This document shows, piece after piece, positions 8,121 through 16,498 of a DNA stretch of 64,000 nucleotides. The translations under genes and the position numbers were made by a program. The stretch comes from an uncultured Tabrizicola sp. (GTDB taxonomy: Bacteria > Pseudomonadota > Alphaproteobacteria > Rhodobacterales > Rhodobacteraceae), in assembly GCA_964393035.1 (NCBI GenBank), contig CAYMRX010000003.1, positions 212,846-276,845 on the forward strand. The letters run 5' to 3'. The notes under the pieces are model-generated. The model saw nothing but the letters and a program-made list of their open reading frames with translations, was not told where the DNA came from and searched no databases. Positions within the stretch are counted from its first letter, which is position 1. Each line of letters begins with the position of its first letter.

Positions 8121-9566
8121 TCACCCCACCTTGGAGAGATCTCGATAAAGTGATTTGATTTCAATACCTTCTCTGGCACCTATCGCCTCCAACGCGGCGC
8201 GGTATTGCCGATACTGTCGATGCATGGCGTCCAACCGGCCTTGGGCGACGAAGATTTTCATGGCCTCGGCATTGGCCCCTTCGCTGGCCGGGTCAATCGC
8301 CAGCGCCTTTTGGCAATGGGCCAGCGCCTCGCGGGTGCGCCCCGAGGACATGCAAACCTTGGCAAAGTCATACTGCAATTTCACCGCCATTTCGCGCAGC
8401 CAGATCCGGCGCGGCATGCACCAATCGTCGGTTTCCGAGCGCACATATTCCAGCGGCAAATCTTCAAACAATTCACCGCCGTAAAGCTGGTCGGCGGCGG
8501 CATAGACGCGCAAGGCCGCGTTCAACTCGCCGCGCTTGTAAAGCGACAGGCCCCGGCGGCAAAGCTGCTCGAACGTGTCAATGTCGATCCAGCTTCCGGG
8601 CGGGGCTTTCAGCCGGTAGGTCTCGCCCACCCGCTCCACAGCCGCCGCGTCGCCCAGCGTCTTGCGCAGCATGGCAACCGTGTGGTGCAGACGGGTGCGC
8701 TTCAAATCCTCTGATTCGCCCTCGGGCCAGAGAAGTTCGCCCAACTGGTCGGCATGCGCCCCCTTGTCGCCGCTTTGCAAAAGATAGGCAAAGAGCGTGC
8801 GGGTCTTTTTCGGCGCGCCACCGGGAAGCTGCCAGTTCACCTCTTGCCCGCCGATCAATACCTTGAGCCGCCCAAGGCAATGCACATGCCAGCGCAAGCC
8901 CCCCACCGGGTTGCCAAGCCCCGCGCGTGGCGGCGCGAGCCATGACGGCGTGGCCCCGCGCGCAAACATCTGCCCCTGCTGGCGGCGTGCCAAAAGCCCG
9001 GCATAATCGGGAACCACCCGGCCCAGCATGAACGAAAGCTGTTCATCCAAAGCACCCCCTTCCAAGAGGCTGGCCGGAATCCAATACGGGTTTTCATAAA
9101 GGCCAGAGGGCGCCAGAAACTGCCGGTGCGCCCGCAGCGCCGCCTGAATCTGCTCCTCGATCGTCAGATCCTGATTGTAGAGCGACACCACCGGCAGGTT
9201 GAAATGCGCCGCCAGCCGGTCGGCCACCCCGCCCCAGTTTTCCAGCCCCGCAACGCCCTGCATATTACCAACGACCCAGCCCATATCGACCACCAGCGCC
9301 GCGATACCCTTGGCGGTGCCCAGCTCTTGTCGCAGCCGCACGAAGGCTTCCTCGGGGTCCATCGGCGCATGATCCAGCCCCACCTCGGCAAAGCCGATCC
9401 GCCGCGCGGCGGGCATATCCGGCAAAAGGCGTAAATCGTCACTGACCAGCCAGGTCTTTGCCGGGGTCGCCAATTGGCCCAGCGCCTTGGCCACAAAACC
9501 CGGCACCGCGAAATCGGCAATCAAGGCGGCATTGATGCGTTCTGCGGCTTTGGGTTTGCGCGGCAT
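8121..9566 (-). CDS. Transcriptional regulator: N-terminal MEDS-like sensory domain, winged-helix DNA-binding domain and BTAD/TPR domain (SARP/AfsR-DnrI type)
   Basis: Start set at the internal ATG (MPRKPKAA) with a GGAGG RBS. The middle segment LGRLKVLIGGQEV...RTLFAYLL...QLGELLWPE...LHHTVAMLRKTL...YRL is wHTH-like. The C-terminus with DIDTFEQL...ALRVY...GELFEDLP and TPR-like helices is BTAD-like. The N-terminal ...VVSLYNQDL...ALRAHRQFL...YENPYW resembles MEDS. Confidence 0.8.
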   Translation of the reverse strand: MPRKPKAAERINAALIADFAVPGFVAKALGQLATPAKTWLVSDDLRLLPDMPAARRIGFAEVGLDHAPMDPEEAFVRLRQELGTAKGIAALVVDMGWVVGNMQGVAGLENWGGVADRLAAHFNLPVVSLYNQDLTIEEQIQAALRAHRQFLAPSGLYENPYWIPASLLEGGALDEQLSFMLGRVVPDYAGLLARRQQGQMFARGATPSWLAPPRAGLGNPVGGLRWHVHCLGRLKVLIGGQEVNWQLPGGAPKKTRTLFAYLLQSGDKGAHADQLGELLWPEGESEDLKRTRLHHTVAMLRKTLGDAAAVERVGETYRLKAPPGSWIDIDTFEQLCRRGLSLYKRGELNAALRVYAAADQLYGGELFEDLPLEYVRSETDDWCMPRRIWLREMAVKLQYDFAKVCMSSGRTREALAHCQKALAIDPASEGANAEAMKIFVAQGRLDAMHRQYRQYRAALEAIGAREGIEIKSLYRDLSKVG

Positions 9567-9614
9567 GGGCCCTCCGATTTCTTTGGGAAATCTATAATAA
9601 GTGCGCCTTAAAAG

Positions 9615-9676
9615 TCCAAAGAAAATCCAAAGGTAACTTGTTAAGCTGATTCGGAGAAGACCTTGGAAAACCAAGG
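9615..9676 (+). promoter_or_regulatory. Divergent control region: TCCAAAG-AAAA-TCCAAAG direct repeat (9615-9632) and CCTTGG-AAAA-CCAAGG inverted repeat (9661-9676)
   Basis: An AT-rich stretch lies between the regulator start (9566) and the GMC oxidoreductase start (9796). The repeat period is 11 nt. A related inverted half-site CTTTGGG sits at 9581-9587. Confidence 0.4.
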
Positions 9677-9795
9677 CTGGGAGGTTCTGACGGAAATCAT
9701 GGGTCCGGCGTTTTGCCGGGGCGGTGGCGCTTTGCGGCCAGTGCAATCATGCCCCATGCCGGATGGCCCCCACGAGAGGGGAGAGAACGCGGCGC

Positions 9796-11382
9796 ATGTC
9801 CGATTTGGGTCAGTTCGATTACGTCATCGTCGGCGCCGGATCTTCCGGGGCGGTCTTGGCCAATCGTCTCTCCGCCGATCCGCGCCTGACCGTCTGCCTG
9901 ATCGAGGCGGGGCCTGCCGACCGCAGCCCTTTCATCACCGTGCCTTTGGGGGTGATGAAGCTGTCGAAGGATGCGCGGCACAACTGGCTTTACACAACCG
10001 CGCCGCAAACCGGATTGGAAGGCCGCGAAATCTCGGTGCCGCGCGGCAAGGTGCTGGGCGGGTCTTCGGCGATCAACGGCATGATCTACATCCGCGGCCA
10101 TCGGGCGGATTACGACGCTTGGGCCGCGGCGGGTTGCACCGGCTGGGGGTATGAGGATGTTCTGCCGCATTTCCGCCGGTCAGAGAACAACCGCCGGGCG
10201 GGGATCGACACCCACCACCACGGCACAAGCGGGGAATTGGCGGTCGCAGACCTGCGCGATGTGAATCCGGTCGATCACGACTTCATCGCGGCGGCGGCTG
10301 AATTGCAACTTCGCCCCTGCCCCGATTTCAACATGGCCGAACCCGAGGGCATGGGCATCTATCAGGTCACGCAAAAGGACGGAAAACGCCATTCGACGGG
10401 CCGCGCCTTTCTGACGGCGGCGGTCAAGGCACGGCCGAACCTGCATATCCTGACCGGGGCCGAGGTGCTGGGCCTGACACTGGCCGACAGGCGCGCGACG
10501 GGCGTTGCCCTGCGCCGCGCCGGGCGGGTGGAGACGGTTCGCTCTCGGGGCGAGGTGATCTTGTCGGCGGGTGCCATCGGTTCGCCCGATATCCTTCTGC
10601 GCTCAGGGATAGGGGCCGGGCTGGCGCATCACCTGCCCGGCGTCGGGCAGAACCTGCAAGACCATGTCGATTGCATGGTGATCTGCCAAAGCCGTTCGCG
10701 CACGCCTTATGGCATTTCCATTCCCGCCCTGCCGCGTCTGGCGCTGGAGGGGGCGAAGTGGCTCATCGGCAATCGCGGCATGCTGTCGTCGAACATGGTG
10801 GAGGCGGGGGGCTTTGTGCGCAGCTCACCGGCCGAGGATCGCCCCGACATCCAGTTCCACATCATTCCGGGGCGCAAGAGCCACCGGGGGCGGATGGTGG
10901 AATATGGCCACGGGGTTTCGGTGCATACTTGCGTCTTGCGCCCCGAAAGCCGGGGATCCGTCAGCCGCACCACCCCAACCGGCGCTCCGGTGATCGACCT
11001 TGGCCTTTTGACCGATGACCGCGACATGGTTCGGCTGCTGAAAGGTGTCAAACTCGCCCGCCAAATTCTGCGGCAAGGCCCGATGGCCCGGCATGGCCTG
11101 ACCGAAATCATCCCCGGCAACGGCGTGGAAAGTGACGAATCCCTGCGCGCCTATGTCCGCGCCAATGCCCGCACCGTCTATCACCCGGTCGGCACCTGCG
11201 CGATGGGAACCGGACCTTTGGCCGTGGTTGACCCGCGCCTGCGTGTCCATGGCCTCCGGGGCCTGCGCGTGGTCGATGCCTCGATCATGCCGACCATCGT
11301 AAGCGGGAACACCAATGCCCCCGCCATCATGATCGCCGAGAAAGCCGCCGAGATGATCCTTGAGGACCGCAAGTCGGCCTGA
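9796..11382 (+). CDS. GMC-family FAD oxidoreductase (choline/alcohol dehydrogenase-like)
   Basis: Start at the internal ATG (MSDLGQFDYVIVGAGSSGAVLANRLS, the FAD GxGxxG site). Also GGSSAINGMIY and C-terminal GMC motifs (HPVGTCAMG). Confidence 0.92.
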   Translation: MSDLGQFDYVIVGAGSSGAVLANRLSADPRLTVCLIEAGPADRSPFITVPLGVMKLSKDARHNWLYTTAPQTGLEGREISVPRGKVLGGSSAINGMIYIRGHRADYDAWAAAGCTGWGYEDVLPHFRRSENNRRAGIDTHHHGTSGELAVADLRDVNPVDHDFIAAAAELQLRPCPDFNMAEPEGMGIYQVTQKDGKRHSTGRAFLTAAVKARPNLHILTGAEVLGLTLADRRATGVALRRAGRVETVRSRGEVILSAGAIGSPDILLRSGIGAGLAHHLPGVGQNLQDHVDCMVICQSRSRTPYGISIPALPRLALEGAKWLIGNRGMLSSNMVEAGGFVRSSPAEDRPDIQFHIIPGRKSHRGRMVEYGHGVSVHTCVLRPESRGSVSRTTPTGAPVIDLGLLTDDRDMVRLLKGVKLARQILRQGPMARHGLTEIIPGNGVESDESLRAYVRANARTVYHPVGTCAMGTGPLAVVDPRLRVHGLRGLRVVDASIMPTIVSGNTNAPAIMIAEKAAEMILEDRKSA

Positions 11383-11439
11383 CCAAAGCCGGGCCATGGG
11401 AGGGCCCGGAAAACCGAAACCAAACGGGAGGAAACGCTG

Positions 11440-12693
11440 ATGAACCTGAAGAACGGATTGGCCGGGGCCGTCGCCCTCGCCTTCACTTGCATCGCGGGGG
11501 CCGCCTTTGCCGCGCCCTCATGCGGGGCGAACACGGGGCAGGCCGCAACCGGCGCCCCGATCATTGTGGGCGGGATCTACTCCAACGGCGCGCCGGGCGA
11601 CTGGTCTTCGTCCACCGACGCGGCGGCGGCCTATTTTGCCTGCGTGAACGCCAATGGCGGCATCAACGGCCGACCGATTGAATACCATGTCGAGGATGAC
11701 CAATGGAACCCCGAGGCCGCAGCGGCGGCAGCGGCCAAGCTGGTGAATGACCAAAAGGCCGTCGCCATGGTCGGCAACGGCTCTTTCACCGAAATGGCCG
11801 TCAACGCGCAAACCTATGTTGACCAAGGCATCATGGCGATGGCCAGCGCCTGCGCGATTTCGGAATGCTTTGAAACGCCGAACCTTGTGTCCACCAACCA
11901 AGGCCCGCTCGCCTCGAACCTTGGTGCCGCGCAATATGCGCAGGAGGAACTTGGGTCCAAGAACGTCGCCTGCATCGGGCTGAACATTCCGAACAACGGC
12001 ATCTGGTCGTGTCAGGCGGTCATCGACTACATGACGTCGAAAGGCGGCACCGGCAGCATGGCCATGCTGAACCCCGGCGCGCCGGATGTGAACTCGGCCC
12101 TGCTGGAGGCCGTGGCTTCGGGCGCGGATACGATCCTGATGAACCTGCCCGCTGGCCTTGCGCTGGCTGTGCTGAAGGCCGCCCAGGAACAGGACCTGCG
12201 CGACAGCTACACCTGGATCGCGCCGACGCCGCTTTATGACCTGTCGGTGCCGGATGCGGTGGGCGACTACTGGCACGGCAAGATCTGGGTCAACGCCGAG
12301 CTTGCGCCGATCAATCAGGGCGGGCCGGACGGGCAGAACTGGCTGGCGGTTCTGGACACCTTCGGCAAGGCCGACGATCCGCGCGACACCTTCAGCCAGG
12401 CCGGTTACCTTTCGGCGCAGTTCTTCGTGAAGGCGCTGCTGGAGATGGACCCGGCGGGCCTTGATGACCGCGCCGCCGTGACGGCGGCGATCAAAGGGAT
12501 CAAGGGCTACACCTCGGATCTGATGTGCGGCCCCTATTATGTCGGCGACGCCGCCTTCCACCAGCCGAACCACGCGGGCCAGATGGTCAAGGTCGTGGCC
12601 GGTGGCTTCGAGGTTGTGCGCCCCTGCTATGAATATGACAGCGCCTATTTCGACCGCCACAAGGACGTCGAAAAATCCTTGGGCATGAACTGA
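11440..12693 (+). CDS. ABC transporter periplasmic substrate-binding protein, LivK/branched-chain amino acid-type fold
   Basis: 417 aa. Signal peptide MNLKNGLAGAVALAFTCIAGAAFA, then a type I periplasmic binding pattern (IIVGGIY...GGINGRPIE...). GAGGAAA RBS. Confidence 0.88.
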   Translation: MNLKNGLAGAVALAFTCIAGAAFAAPSCGANTGQAATGAPIIVGGIYSNGAPGDWSSSTDAAAAYFACVNANGGINGRPIEYHVEDDQWNPEAAAAAAAKLVNDQKAVAMVGNGSFTEMAVNAQTYVDQGIMAMASACAISECFETPNLVSTNQGPLASNLGAAQYAQEELGSKNVACIGLNIPNNGIWSCQAVIDYMTSKGGTGSMAMLNPGAPDVNSALLEAVASGADTILMNLPAGLALAVLKAAQEQDLRDSYTWIAPTPLYDLSVPDAVGDYWHGKIWVNAELAPINQGGPDGQNWLAVLDTFGKADDPRDTFSQAGYLSAQFFVKALLEMDPAGLDDRAAVTAAIKGIKGYTSDLMCGPYYVGDAAFHQPNHAGQMVKVVAGGFEVVRPCYEYDSAYFDRHKDVEKSLGMN

Positions 12694-12751
12694 GCAATCC
12701 TAGCCCCCGGCCTGACCTTGGCTGGGGGTTTTCCCCTATCGCGGAGCCAGC

Positions 12752-13708
12752 ATGACGCGCAGCGCAATATTGAACGGGGTGATCTATGCCGTCCTGATGG
12801 TCGGCATTTGGGTCACGCTGGCGGGCGGCATGCCGTTCAAGGTGACGGGCATGTTCCTTGCCTCGGGCCTTGCCATCGGTTCGCTTTACGCCTTGGGCGG
12901 GATTGGCATGGTGGTGCTGTATCGCGCCTCGGGTGTCTTGAATTTCTCGGCCGGGGCCGCCGGGGCGGCAGGCGCAATGACCGCGTGGCAATGCGTGCAA
13001 TGGGGTCTTTGGCCCCCCTTGGGTTGGGCCGCCTGTATCGCCGTCGCCCTTGCGCTGACTTTGGCCTATGGCCGATACCTTGCGCCCCTTCTGGCGTGGC
13101 GCGAAACCGTGGTGAAAGCGGTCGCCACCCTTGGCTTTGCCCTTATCATTCTGGGTCTTGTCTCTTTCATCTGGATCGACGACCCTCGAAGTCTTGAATT
13201 GCCCACCGATCAAACCGGCGTGGTGCTGTTCGGCTTGCGCGTCACCGCCACCCGACTGATTGCCTTTGCCGCCGCCATCGCCATTGTCATCGCCATCTGG
13301 GCCTTCCTTGGTCGCACCGAAGTGGGCTTGCAGATGCGCGCCGTCGCCAATTCGCGCGACCTGTCGGCGCTGCTTGGCATCCCCATTCGGCGGGTGGAAA
13401 CCATCGCCTGGGGCATCTCGGGCCTCTTGGCAGGCTTCACCGGGCTGATGTTCGCCAACCTGATCCGGCTTGAACCTGTGGTCATCACCTTCATGGTCAT
13501 CCCCTCCATCGCAGCGGCCCTCGCGGGCAGGCTGAACTCGCTGGCGCTTGTGCTGGTCGGAGGCCTGTCGATGGGCGTCATCGAGAGTCTGCTGACGCTC
13601 TCGCCCACCCTGAAAGGGGTCCGCCCCATCGCGCCCTTCGTCATCGCCGCCCTTGTCCTGCTGTGGAGCCAGCGCGGCACCAAACTCACCTTCGGAGGGC
13701 GCGACTGA
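12752..13708 (+). CDS. ABC transporter permease (LivH-like)
   Basis: 318 aa polytopic membrane protein in an SBP-permease-permease-ATPase-ATPase operon. Confidence 0.88.
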   Translation: MTRSAILNGVIYAVLMVGIWVTLAGGMPFKVTGMFLASGLAIGSLYALGGIGMVVLYRASGVLNFSAGAAGAAGAMTAWQCVQWGLWPPLGWAACIAVALALTLAYGRYLAPLLAWRETVVKAVATLGFALIILGLVSFIWIDDPRSLELPTDQTGVVLFGLRVTATRLIAFAAAIAIVIAIWAFLGRTEVGLQMRAVANSRDLSALLGIPIRRVETIAWGISGLLAGFTGLMFANLIRLEPVVITFMVIPSIAAALAGRLNSLALVLVGGLSMGVIESLLTLSPTLKGVRPIAPFVIAALVLLWSQRGTKLTFGGRD

Positions 13709-14691
13709 TGGACCGTTCGCTCATCCGCCTTACCCCGTCCGGCGTCTCTGGCCTGATCTTTGCGGGCCTGTGCTTTGTCTTCCTGCCCCTGCTGGCAGGG
13801 TCATACTGGCTGTCGGTCTTCACCTCGGCGGCGATCTTTGCCATGGCGATTTCCGGCGTCGCTTTCATGTATGCCCGGCTTGGCATGGTCAGCCTGACCC
13901 AAGTCGGCCTGATGGGCATCGGCGGCTGGGTGACGCTGCGGCTGAACCATCTGTGGAACTGGCCGTTCGAGGTGAACATGGTGCTGGCCGCCCTTGCCAC
14001 CATGATCTGCGGCTGGGTCCTTGCCCTGCCTGCGCTCAGGATGCGCGGGCTTTACCTCGCCCTTGTCACGCTGATGGCCGCAGGGGGGCTGGAGATCCTG
14101 TTTGCCACCTATCAATTCCCCAATGGCGGCGCAGGGTTCTGGGGCGTCAAGATCGGCTCGACCGAGCCGTTCCGCCGCCCGGTTCTGGCGCAATCGCCCG
14201 AGGCTTATCTGCGCTACTGCATCGGCATTGCCACGCTTGGCTTTCTGTTCATCGAAGGCCACCGCCGCCTGTTTCCCGGCCGGGCCTGGGCACTGATCCG
14301 GCGCAGTGAGGCCGCCGCCATGGCCGCGGGCGTCAATGTCACGCTGTACAAAACCTGGGCCTTTGGCATCGCCGGCGCGATTGCCGGGGCGGCGGGTGCG
14401 CTGCTTGCAGGATCGCTTGGGCTTTTGGATGACGGCACCTTCCGGTCGTCAGAATCCATCATGCTGTTTGCCCTTGCCGTGGTTGGCGGGGCGCGGTTCT
14501 GGCTGGGCGCGGTGATCGCGGCGTTCCTGTTCCGCATCCTGCCGGGCCTGCTGAACACATGGGGCGTCGATACCGATCTGGCCTTTGTGATCTTCGGTGC
14601 GGGATTGTTGCACGCGCTTATCACCGCGCCAAACGGGATCGCCGGGCAGGTCCATGACCTGATCGCCAAACTGCGGGGGGCCAAACCATGA
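13708..14691 (+). CDS. ABC transporter permease (LivM-like)
   Basis: Start at the internal ATG (MDRSLIRL), overlapping the upstream TGA by 1 nt (TGATG). Polytopic membrane protein. Confidence 0.85.
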   Translation: MDRSLIRLTPSGVSGLIFAGLCFVFLPLLAGSYWLSVFTSAAIFAMAISGVAFMYARLGMVSLTQVGLMGIGGWVTLRLNHLWNWPFEVNMVLAALATMICGWVLALPALRMRGLYLALVTLMAAGGLEILFATYQFPNGGAGFWGVKIGSTEPFRRPVLAQSPEAYLRYCIGIATLGFLFIEGHRRLFPGRAWALIRRSEAAAMAAGVNVTLYKTWAFGIAGAIAGAAGALLAGSLGLLDDGTFRSSESIMLFALAVVGGARFWLGAVIAAFLFRILPGLLNTWGVDTDLAFVIFGAGLLHALITAPNGIAGQVHDLIAKLRGAKP

Positions 14692-15407
14692 TCGAAATCA
14701 ACGCCGTCACCGTGCGCTTTGGCGGGCTGGTCGCCCTGAACGAGGTGTCAGCCAGCCTGACCGCCCCTGTCGCCGGGATCATCGGACCGAATGGTGCGGG
14801 CAAGACCACGCTGATGAATGTGGTTTCGGGTTTCATCACCGCGCGGTCGGGCCGGGTGATGGTGGACGGGCAGGATTTCCTGCCGCTCGCCCCGCACAAA
14901 CGCGCGCACAGAGGGCTTCGGCGGTCGTTCCAGAAAGAACAGATCGCCGATGATCTGACGGTGCTGGAAAACGTGCTGGTGCAAACCGACTGGTCGCTGA
15001 CGGGCGCGCGCACCAAGCGGGCCGAGGCGATGGAGATGCTGGCGCTGGTGGGCCTTGCCGATCGCGCCGGCACGCTGGGGGCGGCGCTGTCGGGGTTCGA
15101 ACGCCGCCTGACCGATGTCGCCCGCTGCATGGTCGGGCAACCCCGGCTTATCATGTTCGACGAACCGGCAGGCGGGATGAGCGTTGAGGAAACCTCCCGG
15201 CTGGGCGATCTGATCGTGCAAATCCACGACCACACCGGCGCGCAGACGGTCATCATCGACCATGATGTCGAATTGATCCGCCGCATCTGCGCCGAAACGC
15301 TGGTTCTGGACTTTGGCCGCCGCATCGCCTTTGGGCCGACGGCAGCAGTGCTGGCCGACCCCAAGGTCAAGGCCGCCTATCTTGGAACCGAGGAGATCGC
15401 CCCATGA
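14688..15407 (+). CDS. ABC transporter ATP-binding protein (LivG-like)
   Basis: Walker A GPNGAGKTT and Walker B LIMFDEPAGG. 4-nt overlaps with both neighbours. Confidence 0.92.
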   Translation: MIEINAVTVRFGGLVALNEVSASLTAPVAGIIGPNGAGKTTLMNVVSGFITARSGRVMVDGQDFLPLAPHKRAHRGLRRSFQKEQIADDLTVLENVLVQTDWSLTGARTKRAEAMEMLALVGLADRAGTLGAALSGFERRLTDVARCMVGQPRLIMFDEPAGGMSVEETSRLGDLIVQIHDHTGAQTVIIDHDVELIRRICAETLVLDFGRRIAFGPTAAVLADPKVKAAYLGTEEIAP

Positions 15408-16108
15408 CATTGCAGGTTCAGGGGCTGACGGTTCAGGATGGAAACCGAACGGCCGTTCAGAATGTCGATCTGACGGTGGAGCCGGGCAAGGTGACGGCGG
15501 TCATTGGCGCCAATGGTGCGGGGAAATCCGAACTGGTGCTGGCGCTGGCCGGCATGTTGCCAATCACGGCTGGCAGCGTGCTTCTGGATGGCAAGCCACT
15601 GGTCGCCAAATCCCCCGAGGCACTGCGCCGCGCGGGCATTGCAGCCGTGCCGGAAGGCCACCGGGTGCTGACCGATCTTTCCATCGACGACAATCTGCGC
15701 GCCGCCGGCAGCCTTGTCAAAGGCGGGCTGGAGGCACGGCTGGCGGAAACCTACGCCATCTTCCCCGAACTTGCCGAACGCAAACCCCAGCTTGCAGGCA
15801 CGCTTTCTGGCGGGCAGCAGCAGATGGTGGCGCTGGCCCATGCCCTGATGAGCCGCCCGCGCTATCTGCTGATTGACGAAATGTCGCTGGGTCTTGCCCC
15901 CCTGATCGTCAAGCGGCTTTTGGGCGTGGTGACGGATCTGAAGACGCGCGGCACCGGGATTTTGCTGATCGAGCAATTCACCGATCTGGCGGTTGGCATC
16001 GCCGAAAGCGCCGTCGTGCTGCGCGGCGGCAAGATGCGCTACAACGGCCCGGCACAGGTGCTGACCGAAGACGCCAAACGCCTGCATGAGGCCTATTTTG
16101 GCACCTGA
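15404..16108 (+). CDS. ABC transporter ATP-binding protein (LivF-like)
   Basis: Walker A GANGAGKSE, signature LSGGQQQM, Walker B LLIDEMSLGL. Confidence 0.92.
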   Translation: MTLQVQGLTVQDGNRTAVQNVDLTVEPGKVTAVIGANGAGKSELVLALAGMLPITAGSVLLDGKPLVAKSPEALRRAGIAAVPEGHRVLTDLSIDDNLRAAGSLVKGGLEARLAETYAIFPELAERKPQLAGTLSGGQQQMVALAHALMSRPRYLLIDEMSLGLAPLIVKRLLGVVTDLKTRGTGILLIEQFTDLAVGIAESAVVLRGGKMRYNGPAQVLTEDAKRLHEAYFGT

Positions 16109-16498
16109 GGACATCTTCGGCCTCAGGGGCAAGACCTGCCTTGTCACCGGCGGGGCGGGGAGTATAGGGCTCGCTTCTGCCACGCTGTTGCAACGCCACG
16201 GGGCAAGGATTGCGCTGGTGGACCGCGTGCGGGCGCGCTGGCCAAGGCCGCCGCCACGCTTGGCCCCGACACCCTGATCCTTGCCGCCGATGTGGCCAAT
16301 GGCTTTCAGGCCCGGGTCGAAAGCGATCTGACCCCGCTTCTGGGCCGCAACGCCACGCAGTTCTTCGATGACAATATCCCCATGGGTCGACACGCCACCC
16401 CGCAGGAAATCGCGGCTTCGGTGCTGTATCTGGCATCCGGCCAGTCGGCCTATACCACCGGGCTGATTCTATCCGTCGATGGCGGGATGAGCGTTTAA
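16086..16498 (+). pseudogene. Decayed SDR gene: N-terminal Rossmann segment, a frameshift, an internal deletion of the catalytic core, and the C-terminal tail
   Basis: Frame A reads LRGKTCLVTGGAGSIGLASATLLQRHGARIALVDR. After about 16225 the sense continues in another frame (ALAKAAATLGPDTLILAADVANG...), which runs straight into the SDR C-terminus (PMGRHATPQEIAASVLYLASGQSAYTTGLILSVDGGMSV). Only about 137 codons remain, and there is no NNAG/Ser/YxxxK core. Confidence 0.7.

Noticed and set aside
9724-9795. Long N-terminal extensions offered by the ORF track (for example 9724 for the GMC gene, 22226 for the helicase, 20767 for HlyD, 59840 for fghA, 61322 for the DMT gene, 62902 for HAD, 8121-9746 for the regulator)
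   Set aside because: In each case an internal ATG aligns with the canonical family N-terminus or a signal peptide. That ATG has an RBS or an ATGA/TGATG coupling to the upstream gene. The extensions are Arg/Pro-rich and overlap neighbouring genes.
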